DNA from: Promethearchaeota archaeon | GTDB lineage: Archaea > Asgardarchaeota > Lokiarchaeia > Sigyniarchaeales > SOKP01 | Direction of reading: 5' to 3' | NCBI GenBank assembly: GCA_048938895.1 | Contig: JBHLLU010000013.1 | Span: 1 to 64,000, forward strand | DNA length: 64,000 bases | In this document: positions 30,734 through 40,910 of the stretch, piece by piece | Layout: the number at the start of each line of letters is the position of its first letter | Numbering within the stretch: the first letter of the stretch is position 1 | Position numbers and translations under genes: made by a program | Notes under the pieces: model-generated | Databases searched by the model: none | Seen by the model: the letters and a program-made list of their open reading frames with translations, nothing else | Told to the model about the DNA's origin: nothing

Positions 30734-33700
30734 TCATTCTCTTTTATTGATCAATTTTGGTTTAAAAACTGAAGAAATTTCATCTTTACCAACTCTAGCA
30801 ATTCCAATAATTTTTTCAGCAAGTAAAAACAGTGAAGATGATGATTTGGGTAAGAACATAAATAATTGTATAGGGTTCTGTTCTAACGTTGATTTTATTA
30901 ATTGATAAGCAACTTCTGAATTCTTGTCATCTAGAAACATACCTGCTTCATCAAGCATACAAAGTGCAGAGGGTTTAATTTCTTGTAAAGATAAAATCAA
31001 GCAAATTGAAATAAGAGAGACTTGTCCTCCACTTAAAGCTGTAAAAGATTTTAATTGCTCCTTTGATGTTGCTGCTTTTATATTCACACCTAAAGCTTCA
31101 ATATTTCCTTTTAATTCAAGAGAACAAAATGACTTAATTTGAGAATCCTCAAATTTTTGATTTACTTTCGATTGAAGATCTTCAAGTACTTTACGGAACT
31201 TGTTATAATATGTTTTTTCTAACTTTATTTCAGTTCTAATTGCTGCTTTAATATCCATTTCTAAATCTTTCTGACTTCTATTAATCTCTTTAAGAGATGA
31301 CATAATTTGATCCTTCTCAATTAGAAGTGAATCATCAACATCTAAGTAGCTTAACAATTGTTTGTTAATTTCTGCAATATCTCCCTTTATATCTTCTATT
31401 GGACGAATTAAAATAAGTTGGTCAGAGACTAAGGGACCTATTTCAGAAATAATCCGGTTAAAATCAATTCTTTTTAATTCAAGTTCTTGGTTGAATGTAG
31501 TTAATTTTAGATTTTCATGTTCCATATTTAAGGTAATTTCCATATTTTTTTTATCGATCTCAACTTTCCAAGTTTGGTACTGATTTTTAGATTTTTTCAA
31601 ATTATCGATTTGCATTTCGATATTATCAAGTTTATCTTCAACCTTTTCTAACTGACGATAGATTTCGAACGCATTTTTGTCTGCTTTTTGGAAATTCTCT
31701 TTTTTTTCTTCATACTCTTTTTTACGGGAGTTGAAATCTGATCTTAGTTTATTTAATTCATCTTTTACCTCTATTAGTATCTCTAGATTCTCATTTAATT
31801 TCAAATCCCATTTTTTCCTTTCACTGTTTAAATCAGTCAATTCATTTGGAATCTCAGTAATCCTAACAGTCCATTCAAAAAAATCAGGGTCTGTCCGAGA
31901 TTTCAATCCTTTTATCTTTAAATCTACTATTTTTAGATCATTTTCGAATTGTGAATTAATTTTCTCCAGTTTGTGCATTTGTTCGTACAATTGATTTTTT
32001 TTAGAAGTGATTCTTTGTTTTTGATTAAAGTTATACAAAAGATCGTTGAACGCCTCTTTCTTGTTAAAAATTTCTTTCTGAATATAGTCTAATTTAGACT
32101 GCTCACTCCTTAATTCTGAAATTGAATCATTAATTGACTTAATTTCAGCCTCTAAAATACTAGATTGTTCCTTTTGCGTTGCCGCGCTCAACAGACCTTT
32201 TAATCTTTTTACATAAGGTGTTTCATATACATACTTATATGAAATAATTTGTTCTCCAGCTAAAGTTACGCATTTACCCTTGAAACCAAACTTATTATAA
32301 ATTTCTTTCCCTGAACGGTAATCCTTAACTACTAAGCAATTTTTTACTTTAGAATATATAACCTTTTTAATATCATTATCATTATTTACTATTTTAACTA
32401 GTTCAGCTAGATAACCAATAATTCCATTAGCACTTATGGGTAGTAATGGTTGTACTTCTATTTTTTTCGGAAGATAGATATTACAATAAGCATTATATTT
32501 GTCTTTTAATCTTTTTAATAAAGCTAAGGTATCCCAATCTTCTGCAATAAAACTATATAATAATTTTTCACCTAACACAGATTCTATAGCATAACTTAAA
32601 TTGTCATCATACTTTAGATATTCAATTAAGGGACCTTTTACATTTAAATCTCTTCTTTCAATTTCCTCTTTTAAAATAGATATACTTGAAGGTAGAAGAA
32701 CTTTCCGTTCTCTTAAAGAAGTTTGGAGAATTTGTAATTTTTTAACTCTTTTTGACTTCTCAAATTCTTGTTTTTTTATTTCGGAATCAATCTCATAAAT
32801 CCTTAAAGAAGCTTTTCGTAAATCCTTTTCAAGTTCTTGCAATAGACTTTTTGAAGGATTTTCTAGAAACCATTTATTTTTTTCTAATCTATGTTCTATA
32901 TCATTAAAACTCTGAAATAGTTGGTTAATTTCATCGTTGAGATTATATATTAACTTTTGATTTTCTTGAATTTTTAATTCTTTTTTATCTTTTTCCTCAA
33001 TGATATTATTATATTCATCTAAAATAGCTTTATTTTGCTTAATTTTCTTAACTAACTGGTCTTGTTCTTTTATTAAAATTTCAATTGCAGTATCTAACTT
33101 ATAACATTGTTCTTTAATAATTGTGTGTTCATTTTCGAAACTTTCTTTTTGTTTTTCATAATTAATAACAATTTTTTCTAATTCTCTCAATTTAGTAGAA
33201 AGATTATCTAAAGCTTGCTTAGCTAATTTTTTTTCTTCTTGCCAATTTTCAATTTTAGCGATTAAATCTGATCTTTCAAAAGAAAGTTCACCAATTTTTT
33301 TGGTCAAACCATTTATTTTCTTTTCTTCAATTGAAATTTTATTTACTAATTCTAAAATATCAGAATCATATTTTTTCTTTCTTTCTTTGATGCCTTCTAT
33401 GACTAATTTGAGATTTTTAATAATTTCAACTACTCTTTCAATCTCTTTTTCTAATTTGTCCTTATTTGCCCACAATAACTCATCGTCGTATTTTTTTTTA
33501 ATTGTCAGCAATTGGTTTTTCTGTTTTAATCGATTTATTTTTGGTGTTAAAATTTCCAAGCTAATATTCAATGTGTTCCTTCTAGCTTTCATTGAGTTCA
33601 AATCATTTCCTAACGTCTGTACACTGCCTTTTTGGTTTATAATCTCATCTCGAAGAGGTTTTAAACCAATTCCCTCCTCAAGGAAGGAACATAATTCTGT

Positions 33701-34198
33701 TGGTTTTAAGTTTTTAACGGCATCTATTTTTCCTTGGCTTACGAAAGCAAATTGGTTGTCCGGATTGATATTTAAATTACTAATTAGTTTCTGTATTTCA
33801 TGAACTTGAACTTTGTGAAATTCCTTTTCATTCTTAGTTTTAATGGTAAAATACGGAGATTGTCCCCTAATGACATATCTCCTGAGTTGAATAAGATTAT
33901 CTTTAGTTTGAATATGGATTTCAACCAAAGCATGATTCTGACCATTTCTAATAAAATCTGACCATTTTGTATAGCGGTCATCCCTTTCATTACTACCTAG
34001 AACAAATTTAATAGCCTGGAATATTGATGTCTTTCCGCTCCAATTAGGTCCCACAATAATAACAAACTTTGCATCTCCAAATTCAACTTCATCCTTCTTG
34101 AATGATAAGAAATTTTCTAAAATGACTTTTCTAATAAAAGTTTTTCCTTCCAATATCTCCAATTTTTCTTTATTCTTAAGCTGTGTTTGCGTAGCCAA
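30734..34198 (-). CDS. SMC ATPase of the Smc5/6-related type
   Basis: ENFLSF, Walker A GPNWSGKT, NINPDNQFAFVSQ Q-loop, coiled coils, hinge GPLIEY...YAIESVLG, LSGGQ signature, MLDE Walker B. Confidence 0.9.
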   Translation of the reverse strand: MATQTQLKNKEKLEILEGKTFIRKVILENFLSFKKDEVEFGDAKFVIIVGPNWSGKTSIFQAIKFVLGSNERDDRYTKWSDFIRNGQNHALVEIHIQTKDNLIQLRRYVIRGQSPYFTIKTKNEKEFHKVQVHEIQKLISNLNINPDNQFAFVSQGKIDAVKNLKPTELCSFLEEGIGLKPLRDEIINQKGSVQTLGNDLNSMKARRNTLNISLEILTPKINRLKQKNQLLTIKKKYDDELLWANKDKLEKEIERVVEIIKNLKLVIEGIKERKKKYDSDILELVNKISIEEKKINGLTKKIGELSFERSDLIAKIENWQEEKKLAKQALDNLSTKLRELEKIVINYEKQKESFENEHTIIKEQCYKLDTAIEILIKEQDQLVKKIKQNKAILDEYNNIIEEKDKKELKIQENQKLIYNLNDEINQLFQSFNDIEHRLEKNKWFLENPSKSLLQELEKDLRKASLRIYEIDSEIKKQEFEKSKRVKKLQILQTSLRERKVLLPSSISILKEEIERRDLNVKGPLIEYLKYDDNLSYAIESVLGEKLLYSFIAEDWDTLALLKRLKDKYNAYCNIYLPKKIEVQPLLPISANGIIGYLAELVKIVNNDNDIKKVIYSKVKNCLVVKDYRSGKEIYNKFGFKGKCVTLAGEQIISYKYVYETPYVKRLKGLLSAATQKEQSSILEAEIKSINDSISELRSEQSKLDYIQKEIFNKKEAFNDLLYNFNQKQRITSKKNQLYEQMHKLEKINSQFENDLKIVDLKIKGLKSRTDPDFFEWTVRITEIPNELTDLNSERKKWDLKLNENLEILIEVKDELNKLRSDFNSRKKEYEEKKENFQKADKNAFEIYRQLEKVEDKLDNIEMQIDNLKKSKNQYQTWKVEIDKKNMEITLNMEHENLKLTTFNQELELKRIDFNRIISEIGPLVSDQLILIRPIEDIKGDIAEINKQLLSYLDVDDSLLIEKDQIMSSLKEINRSQKDLEMDIKAAIRTEIKLEKTYYNKFRKVLEDLQSKVNQKFEDSQIKSFCSLELKGNIEALGVNIKAATSKEQLKSFTALSGGQVSLISICLILSLQEIKPSALCMLDEAGMFLDDKNSEVAYQLIKSTLEQNPIQLFMFLPKSSSSLFLLAEKIIGIARVGKDEISSVFKPKLINKRE

Positions 34199-34221
34199 TT
34201 TTCATATCATCTTGTTATATC

Positions 34222-35484
34222 TTATTTACCAAATGCTTGTTTGATGCGGTCAACTCTCTTTTTAGCTTTTTCTAAATTAAGTTGTGCCCTTTTAGGGGGA
34301 TCAGATAAAATAAATGGAAATTTTGCCAGTAAATTCCTATCATTCTCTTCTAAAGGTTCTTTCTTGTTAATTTTATCAATTATTAATAAAAGTTCATTGT
34401 AATTCAAAAAAGCCGCATTTTCATATAACTGATTTATCATAAATTCTGATGGACGGGATTCTCGCATGGAATGTATATAATCGTTTATGATATTAGATTC
34501 TTTAAATTTATCTTCTTCAATTTTTGAAATATTTTGTATTTGTTTTAGATTTTCTTCATTTTCTTCAGTCTTTGGGTTATTAACCGAATCTTTAGATAGA
34601 CTAGATGGAATATATTCTCCTGATTCAATCAGGTCAAGTAAAATATGAGTGATTTCATTACTTGTCTCATTTAGTTCAGAATTCAAGAAGTGTTTAAAAA
34701 TTCCGACTCTTAACAATTGTTTTATATCATTTACTTCCCAATTCTCTGTATTATTTACCAGTGCATTTATATCAAATACAATTTTTGGATTTTCCTCTAG
34801 GAAATCTCTAAATACCGTTTCTCTTTCAATCTTGGTTAATAATTGAATTTTTATTAAAAGATCAAAATTATCATATATTTCTGGTGAGATTTCGATGACG
34901 TCTCGAATATCGTAATTAATCCATATTAAAATTATATTAGATTCAATAAAATTGACAAGATTTCCTTTTTCTATGGATATAAAAAGTTCAAGCATATTAT
35001 TATCGTTTAATAAAGCCTTAAAATATAATTGTTGATTAATTATTATTACTCTTTTCTCAGATTCAGTCAATTTCTCAATATTTTCACCCTCAGGTATTTT
35101 ATTTATCTTTAAATTTTCTTTTTCCCTGACAGATTTCAAAATTTGAAGAAAACTTTTCTTAAATTTATCTGGGTCTCTTTTAATCTCAATCTCGTTAAGT
35201 TCAATTAACTCTAAAGAGTAATTCATTGAAATTAACTTTATAAATTCTATTATATCCGTTCCGGGATTTGTATTTATCAAAAGAGCTCCTTTAGGCGACA
35301 AGTACTCAATTAACGGATTATCCTCGTTATATATAGACATTGTTTTTATAAAATTCATTATATCATTGTACTTGTCCCGATAGAATATATTATCTTTGTT
35401 AACCTCGATTTCTGAGGGGGAAACCACTCGAAAATACTTTGAAAATTCTGGTAAATCGCTCAAATCTTTCATACTAAATTTCAA
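34222..35484 (-). CDS. Degenerate (probably inactive) AAA+ ATPase-fold protein
   Basis: PKGALLINTNPGTD in place of PKGxLLxGPPGTGKT; FDLLIKIQLLTKIERETVF...DINALVNNTENWEVNDIKQL resembles the classical AAA lid. Confidence 0.6.
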   Translation of the reverse strand: MKFSMKDLSDLPEFSKYFRVVSPSEIEVNKDNIFYRDKYNDIMNFIKTMSIYNEDNPLIEYLSPKGALLINTNPGTDIIEFIKLISMNYSLELIELNEIEIKRDPDKFKKSFLQILKSVREKENLKINKIPEGENIEKLTESEKRVIIINQQLYFKALLNDNNMLELFISIEKGNLVNFIESNIILIWINYDIRDVIEISPEIYDNFDLLIKIQLLTKIERETVFRDFLEENPKIVFDINALVNNTENWEVNDIKQLLRVGIFKHFLNSELNETSNEITHILLDLIESGEYIPSSLSKDSVNNPKTEENEENLKQIQNISKIEEDKFKESNIINDYIHSMRESRPSEFMINQLYENAAFLNYNELLLIIDKINKKEPLEENDRNLLAKFPFILSDPPKRAQLNLEKAKKRVDRIKQAFGK

Positions 35485-36056
35485 CGGTATCTAAATTGAT
35501 TTTTTTGAACACTATTTTAAAGACCATTTACACATATATATTTAGTGTTGATAATATTATGTGGTAAACAGATATCCGACAAAAACCATTAAATTTATAT
35601 AATAGGGATTCATCTCATAAATTCCAAAATATTTTATATATGTTATTATCTTTGGGAAATCTTCTTGTTAGATTAACTTATGTTAATTTTAAATAAAATT
35701 ATTAGAGAAAAGTTATTTTCTAAATTACTGTAATAATTTTAGATTGAGAATGATCTAATCATTCTAAAATAATAAATAAAAAATAAAAATCTTAGAGAAA
35801 AAATAAGTTCTAATATAAATTGGCAAAATTACATTGGCAAAACAAAAATCAGAAAATAAAAAAAATGAAGAAAAAAAGTCTCGAAATGGAATCCGTAAAG
35901 AATTATAATTCGAGCCTGCTTCTTTACAGGGGGAATTAAAAAATTCAGTGAATCCTTCCCGAAAGAAAAATTTTCAAGGTGCTTTTTCTCTTCCCTTCTA
36001 CTGAAGAACTCGTAAGAATTTTTTAAAATAAAAAACTCAAACTGGCGATGGGATAT

Positions 36057-36842
36057 TCAGACGGAGGTGGGGAACTCCAAAAAACATCTTAAATGTGCCA
36101 GTATTAACTGGAACTTCTGATCAGGTTCGTCACAGCCTTCCCAGGATGAAATAATCGCGAGATTTACCCATTTATTAAGGTTACATGAGACGGGGTCATC
36201 AATCATAGTATACCAGTCCGCTCCATATGAATATACAGCAGGAAGATGATTGCTGTCAATTTGAATTGGATCTGGTAAAACAAAGTCGGCGACATAAACG
36301 TCGACTAGACATCCATAACAGACCAAGTCTGGATTATCACACACGAAGGAGCCTACATATACCCAATTAATACCTACTATACCACCTAAGCCCGTCTTAG
36401 GTTGGTTGATAGCTAGGAATCCAAATCCATCAGGGTGATATCCACCATAAGTCAAAGCAGTTATAGCAAAATTGGAATCTAAATAATCCTCTGTAATACA
36501 CAATGGTAAAACATCAGGAATATCATACTGGACAACCATAAATCCTGGTTCTGTATCGATACAATAATCAGCAGTCAATTCAGCTACTGACACCCTCATA
36601 TTTTTCAGGATAGAAAGTTCTCTTTCCAAGTAACTTTCTTCCGAAATATTATTTCTTGTACTATTATCTCCTAGAATACTAAGATCGGAAATAATTGGTG
36701 TACTCATACCTGGTACATGAAAATTATTTTCGGAAGTGTTGTTACTATGCCCCATTCCTAACGTCATTACCACAAGAACGAAAACGATAGAAGTTAACAC
36801 AGTTGAAGTGAGAATCTTCAGTAATCTTACTCGTGGTTTCAT
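36057..36842 (-). CDS. Secreted or membrane-anchored Cys-containing hypothetical protein
   Basis: Basic then hydrophobic N-terminal signal; GC visibly above the flanks. Confidence 0.65.
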   Translation of the reverse strand: MKPRVRLLKILTSTVLTSIVFVLVVMTLGMGHSNNTSENNFHVPGMSTPIISDLSILGDNSTRNNISEESYLERELSILKNMRVSVAELTADYCIDTEPGFMVVQYDIPDVLPLCITEDYLDSNFAITALTYGGYHPDGFGFLAINQPKTGLGGIVGINWVYVGSFVCDNPDLVCYGCLVDVYVADFVLPDPIQIDSNHLPAVYSYGADWYTMIDDPVSCNLNKWVNLAIISSWEGCDEPDQKFQLILAHLRCFLEFPTSV

Positions 36843-37244
36843 TTATTGAAACGCCAATAAACTTTTTGGTCCATCACCTTTAGATTTCTACTAAAGACTA
36901 CTAATGATAGTAGACCAATTAAAAGTTAAGTTAAAACATTATATAAATTTTGTGACATTTATTCAAATTTTAAACATATTTGTCTTACACTGGTTTCTTA
37001 ATTTATACATTTTGGTATATATAATTTGTTCTTTAATCATAAAATAGAGACCTGGGAACCCGAAAAAAACATTGAGAGTTGATATTTCATCTATACTTTA
37101 CTTTCAATTAATATACTCGATTTAAAAAAATTGTTTCAAAAAGAGTCAAACACAAGATTTAAATACCAAAGTGAAATAAATTACTCTGAACATTTCTGTA
37201 GAATTTTCTTTTCAAAAAAATTTCTTGAGGGTGTCTTAAAAAAT

Positions 37245-38141
37245 ATGAATAAATCTTTATTTAAATCCTTTTTAGTTGTATCTTGCTTAGTTCTGTTTGG
37301 AGCGACGTTAAGTATAGTTTTCATTAATGCTTCACCTGTACTTAGCGGAGCTGATGGCGGAGATGATGTCGGGCATACTGCTACAATAACAGTATTTGAT
37401 CATTATAATTCTAATTGGAACCATCCTGCCATAACGACAATTAATATACCCTGTTATTGGCAAGTTTTATCATGCCACTTAGATTATGATGGATACTGTG
37501 ATCCAAATGATCCATATTTACGAGCAATTACCTTTTGGTTAGATTGGAGAGGTGGAGCTATTGGAACCTACAGAGTAGGTCCAGGCCAAGTCAGGGGGTA
37601 TGGGACAATATCTCCCGGTCAAACAAAACATTGGGAATTTGATATGAGTAATTGTCAATTTGCATCGAATACTACAGGGGATGTTTATTGGAACTTCATC
37701 CCACAAGATGAAGATGATATTAGGGGTTATTTTAGTCCTGGAGAACATACAGTAACAGCATTTATTTCATCCCAAGATGCTTTTATGGGAGCAACTCAAG
37801 ATTCATGGATTTCAATTACACTTCATATTGAATATAATGATCTTATTGGTGATACCTTAGATGAAATATCCCGTAATCTGGATGACATAAAAGGATTAAT
37901 AAATGAAAAATTAAGTGGTTGGAGTAAAACTACATGTGAAAAGTATTTACGCTTCGCAAAAGAAACAGTAGATGATATGACTGAAACCCATCTAAATGGT
38001 GAATTAATTAATACAGAAGAATTATGCCTTTTAAAAATGAGATTTATCGTAATTGATTTGGTTGCTGATGATGAAGAGATTTCTAGCCTATGCGATAATG
38101 TCATGAATTTAATAGATGATTTAATAAATTTTATCTGTTAA
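37245..38141 (+). CDS. Secreted hypothetical protein (beta-rich domain plus helical C-terminus); start revised to ATG at 37245
   Basis: GAGGGTG SD-like sequence before MNKSLFKSFLVVSCLVLFG signal peptide; in frame with track ORF 37131..38141. Confidence 0.65.
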   Translation: MNKSLFKSFLVVSCLVLFGATLSIVFINASPVLSGADGGDDVGHTATITVFDHYNSNWNHPAITTINIPCYWQVLSCHLDYDGYCDPNDPYLRAITFWLDWRGGAIGTYRVGPGQVRGYGTISPGQTKHWEFDMSNCQFASNTTGDVYWNFIPQDEDDIRGYFSPGEHTVTAFISSQDAFMGATQDSWISITLHIEYNDLIGDTLDEISRNLDDIKGLINEKLSGWSKTTCEKYLRFAKETVDDMTETHLNGELINTEELCLLKMRFIVIDLVADDEEISSLCDNVMNLIDDLINFIC

Positions 38142-38231
38142 TAAACTATTTTTTTTTTTTTTACTATATACTATTTAATCAAATTTAATCCATATTCCAT
38201 TTTTAAATCTATTAATTAGTTTAAGTCTTTT

Positions 38232-38585
38232 TTAGGAATTTATATCTTTTTCTAGCTGATAATGAATAAATTTTCCACTTTTAACTCCCTTTATCAATCC
38301 AGCTTGCTCCAATATTTTTACATGATGAGAAATTGTTGGTTGAGTAAAATCTAAGACAATACTTAGTTCACAAATACACATTTCTTTTTTCTTTATTAAA
38401 TTGTATATTAAGAACCTTGATTCATTACCGAGTGCCTTATGGGCACTTACTTTTTCCTTAAAATTATTTCTTAATAAAATTTCATCTCTGCTTTTTTTTA
38501 AATTTTCAATATATTGATGAACATCGATGTTTAATCCAATACATTCAATAAGTGTTTTAATGTCGTCCTTATTCTGCTCAACCAT
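38232..38585 (-). CDS. arsR: ArsR/SmtB transcriptional repressor
   Basis: KALGNESRF...EMCICEL...QPTISHHVKILEQAGLI. Confidence 0.9.
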   Translation of the reverse strand: MVEQNKDDIKTLIECIGLNIDVHQYIENLKKSRDEILLRNNFKEKVSAHKALGNESRFLIYNLIKKKEMCICELSIVLDFTQPTISHHVKILEQAGLIKGVKSGKFIHYQLEKDINS

Positions 38586-38626
38586 AGTAAGTATAAAATT
38601 TATCTGTATATATTAAATAATATCAT

Positions 38627-38650
38627 ATAGATAAATTTAAATTTGTCTAT
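38627..38650. promoter_or_regulatory. Candidate ArsR operator ATAGATAAATTT-AAATTTGTCTAT
   Basis: 24-bp palindrome with one mismatch between the divergent arsR and acr3 genes. Confidence 0.6.
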
Positions 38651-38689
38651 TTATTCTGTGATTTAAGTCTAAAATTTCTAAAAATTATA

Positions 38690-39778
38690 TTGAGTAAGAT
38701 GGTTGAGGAAAATATTGAAGGAAGTCTAATCGAAGTAATTGAACCTGAAAAGTCAGATGATCGCGGAATCAATTATTTTGAAAAATTATTACCTTTGTGG
38801 GTCTTCCTGTGCATAGTCATAGGGCTTTTATTATCCCAACTTATCCCACAAATTAGCGAAGCAATAGCAGCTTTACAAATTGGAGATATTTCTATACCAA
38901 TTGGCATATGTCTTTTTTTCATGATGTATCCTGCCATGTTAAACCTTCAAGCTTCTGAGTTGAAAAAATTAGGAAGAAATCCGAAACCTATAATATTAAC
39001 AATAATTTCTAATTGGTTGGTAGCTCCATTTGTTGGTTTAGCAATGATAAACATATTTCTTCCAGGAAATTCTGAAACGGTAAGACAGTTATCTGTTGCA
39101 ATTATTCTCCTCTCATCTAGTCCTTGTACTGCTATGGTTCTAGTGTGGGGTTGGATGGCTAAAGGCAACCAAGAGCAGAATGTTTTGAATACAAGTTTAA
39201 ATACGATAACAATAATTTTCGGTTATGTAGGTATGGTTTCTCTGCTAACAGGAATAAAGAATATCCCAATAAATGCTTGGCTTTTATTGATATCATTAAT
39301 ATTCTTCATTGGTTTACCTTTAGGATTAGGAATTGCGACTAAAAAATTAATAGTTAAGTCAAAAGGTTTAGATTGGTTTAATAATAAGTATCGCCCATTT
39401 GTAGGAAAAATATCTATTATCGCCTTATTAATCACGTTAATTGTACTTTTCTCTTTAAATGGTGATGTTTTACTTAATAATCCTGATTATCTTTTATTGG
39501 TATCAGTTCCTCTGCTAGTGGGATTCTTTATTGTAGTGGGATATAACATCTTGATTACTAAACTCACTAAACTGAAATATAGAGAAGCTATTATTACAGT
39601 AATTATTGGGTCTTCAAGCCACTTCGAAATTGCTATTGCTACTGCAGTGGCTATGTATGGGATTGGGTCTGTAGCAGCCTTAGGGACTACAATGGGCCTT
39701 TTTTGGGAAGTTCCTGTTATGCTTTCGCTTGTTTATTTTGGAAGGTATCTTAAAAAGCGAGGTTTTTGGGAATCTTAA
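38690..39778 (+). CDS. acr3: Acr3-family arsenite efflux transporter
   Basis: MMYP, NWLVAP, PCTAMVLVW, SSHFEIAIATA and EVPVML motifs. Confidence 0.93.
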   Translation: MSKMVEENIEGSLIEVIEPEKSDDRGINYFEKLLPLWVFLCIVIGLLLSQLIPQISEAIAALQIGDISIPIGICLFFMMYPAMLNLQASELKKLGRNPKPIILTIISNWLVAPFVGLAMINIFLPGNSETVRQLSVAIILLSSSPCTAMVLVWGWMAKGNQEQNVLNTSLNTITIIFGYVGMVSLLTGIKNIPINAWLLLISLIFFIGLPLGLGIATKKLIVKSKGLDWFNNKYRPFVGKISIIALLITLIVLFSLNGDVLLNNPDYLLLVSVPLLVGFFIVVGYNILITKLTKLKYREAIITVIIGSSSHFEIAIATAVAMYGIGSVAALGTTMGLFWEVPVMLSLVYFGRYLKKRGFWES

Positions 39779-39849
39779 TATATTAAAATACTAAATAATT
39801 TATTTTTTAGAATTAATATTAATGTAAAGAAAAGAGGTTTTAAGCAGAT

Positions 39850-40068
39850 ATGACAAAGGATGATATAGACAAGACTATAGAAATAATTATGAAAGAAATT
39901 CGGGAATCACCAGATTATCTAGGTCATTCCTGCAGTGCAAATCCCGATTCACAATGTTCACAAGAAGGACCGTGTGATCCTGAAAATCCTAAACGCTTGA
40001 AAAAAGGAATTTACTGTGGGATTAAACCTCATTGTGAGCAGAATCAACCTAAAAATGAAGCAAACTAA
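39850..40068 (+). CDS. Small Cys/His-rich protein in the arsenic cluster
   Basis: 72 aa with five Cys and two His; GAGGT SD-like sequence upstream. Confidence 0.65.
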   Translation: MTKDDIDKTIEIIMKEIRESPDYLGHSCSANPDSQCSQEGPCDPENPKRLKKGIYCGIKPHCEQNQPKNEAN

Positions 40069-40092
40069 ATAAAAAATCGAGGAAATATTAAA

Positions 40093-40374
40093 ATGGCTAA
40101 AGTAGAGGATAATGGAAAATTAAAAGTCGATATTTATGTTCCTCTGGATGCTTGTGCCTGTGAGTGGGATAAGTTTATGAATCGAGTATTTGTTGAACTT
40201 ACGCCCTACATTAAATATATTGATTATGATACCAAGAATCTAAATTCAAAAGAGGCAAGAGAATTAAATATAAGTAGTAATTGTATTGTCGTTGACGGAG
40301 AAAAGCGGTTTTTTTCATCTTTTATCCTTAAAAGAGAACTACCAAAACTTTTAAGAGCTAAGGGACTGATTTAG
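40093..40374 (+). CDS. Small thioredoxin-fold-like protein with a CAC motif (ArsD-like position)
   Basis: VDIYVPLDACACEW...CIVVDGEK; GAGG SD-like sequence upstream. Confidence 0.6.
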   Translation: MAKVEDNGKLKVDIYVPLDACACEWDKFMNRVFVELTPYIKYIDYDTKNLNSKEARELNISSNCIVVDGEKRFFSSFILKRELPKLLRAKGLI

Positions 40375-40427
40375 ACTTTTGTAAACTATTATTTTATTAA
40401 TTACTTAATTATTTTTAATAAATTGAG

Positions 40428-40910
40428 GTGGATATTGAAATTAGTAAAATTTTAACTTTAAATATTTTTGCACCTGACCCAGAAAAAAAGTTGTCTAAAG
40501 GAAAAGAATATAAAATTGAAATCGAGGATAATGGAACTATTATTTCAGCATTGAGTGCTATAGATAAACAAGAATATTCTGATCCAGATGGCATGATTTT
40601 TCCAATCTTTAAAGGGTTGATCTATAGTCATTTGCAACTAATTTGGGATGCAGAAGAGAACAGTATTTACGAAGATTGTGCTGTAAATGCTTATGGTCCT
40701 AATAGAGAATTCATGAACTTACAGGATGATATTAATACAAATTTATATCCCAATAGTGATATAACTATAGTTGTACATGCTGATTGATGAGCTGATGTTA
40801 TGAAAGAGAGATTAGATTATGGTACGTTTAAGAGATCTATCATGGGAACATTTGGGAAAAATCATGAAACATTTGCTCATTATTTTGAATTGAAAAGAAA
40901 TAGAAAATGA
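40428..40910 (+). CDS. Putative selenoprotein; track ORF ends at 40787, frame continues through TGA-TGA (40785-40790) to TGA at 40908-40910
   Basis: ...VVHAD-TGA-TGA-ADVMKERLDYGTFKRSIMGTFGKNHETFAHYFELKRNRK-stop, followed by a SECIS-like hairpin. Confidence 0.6.

Noticed and set aside
29545-35484. Wadjet (JetABCD) anti-plasmid system
   Set aside because: No Toprim/JetD nuclease gene, the gene order differs, and the SMC motifs are Smc5/6-like rather than MukB/JetC-like.
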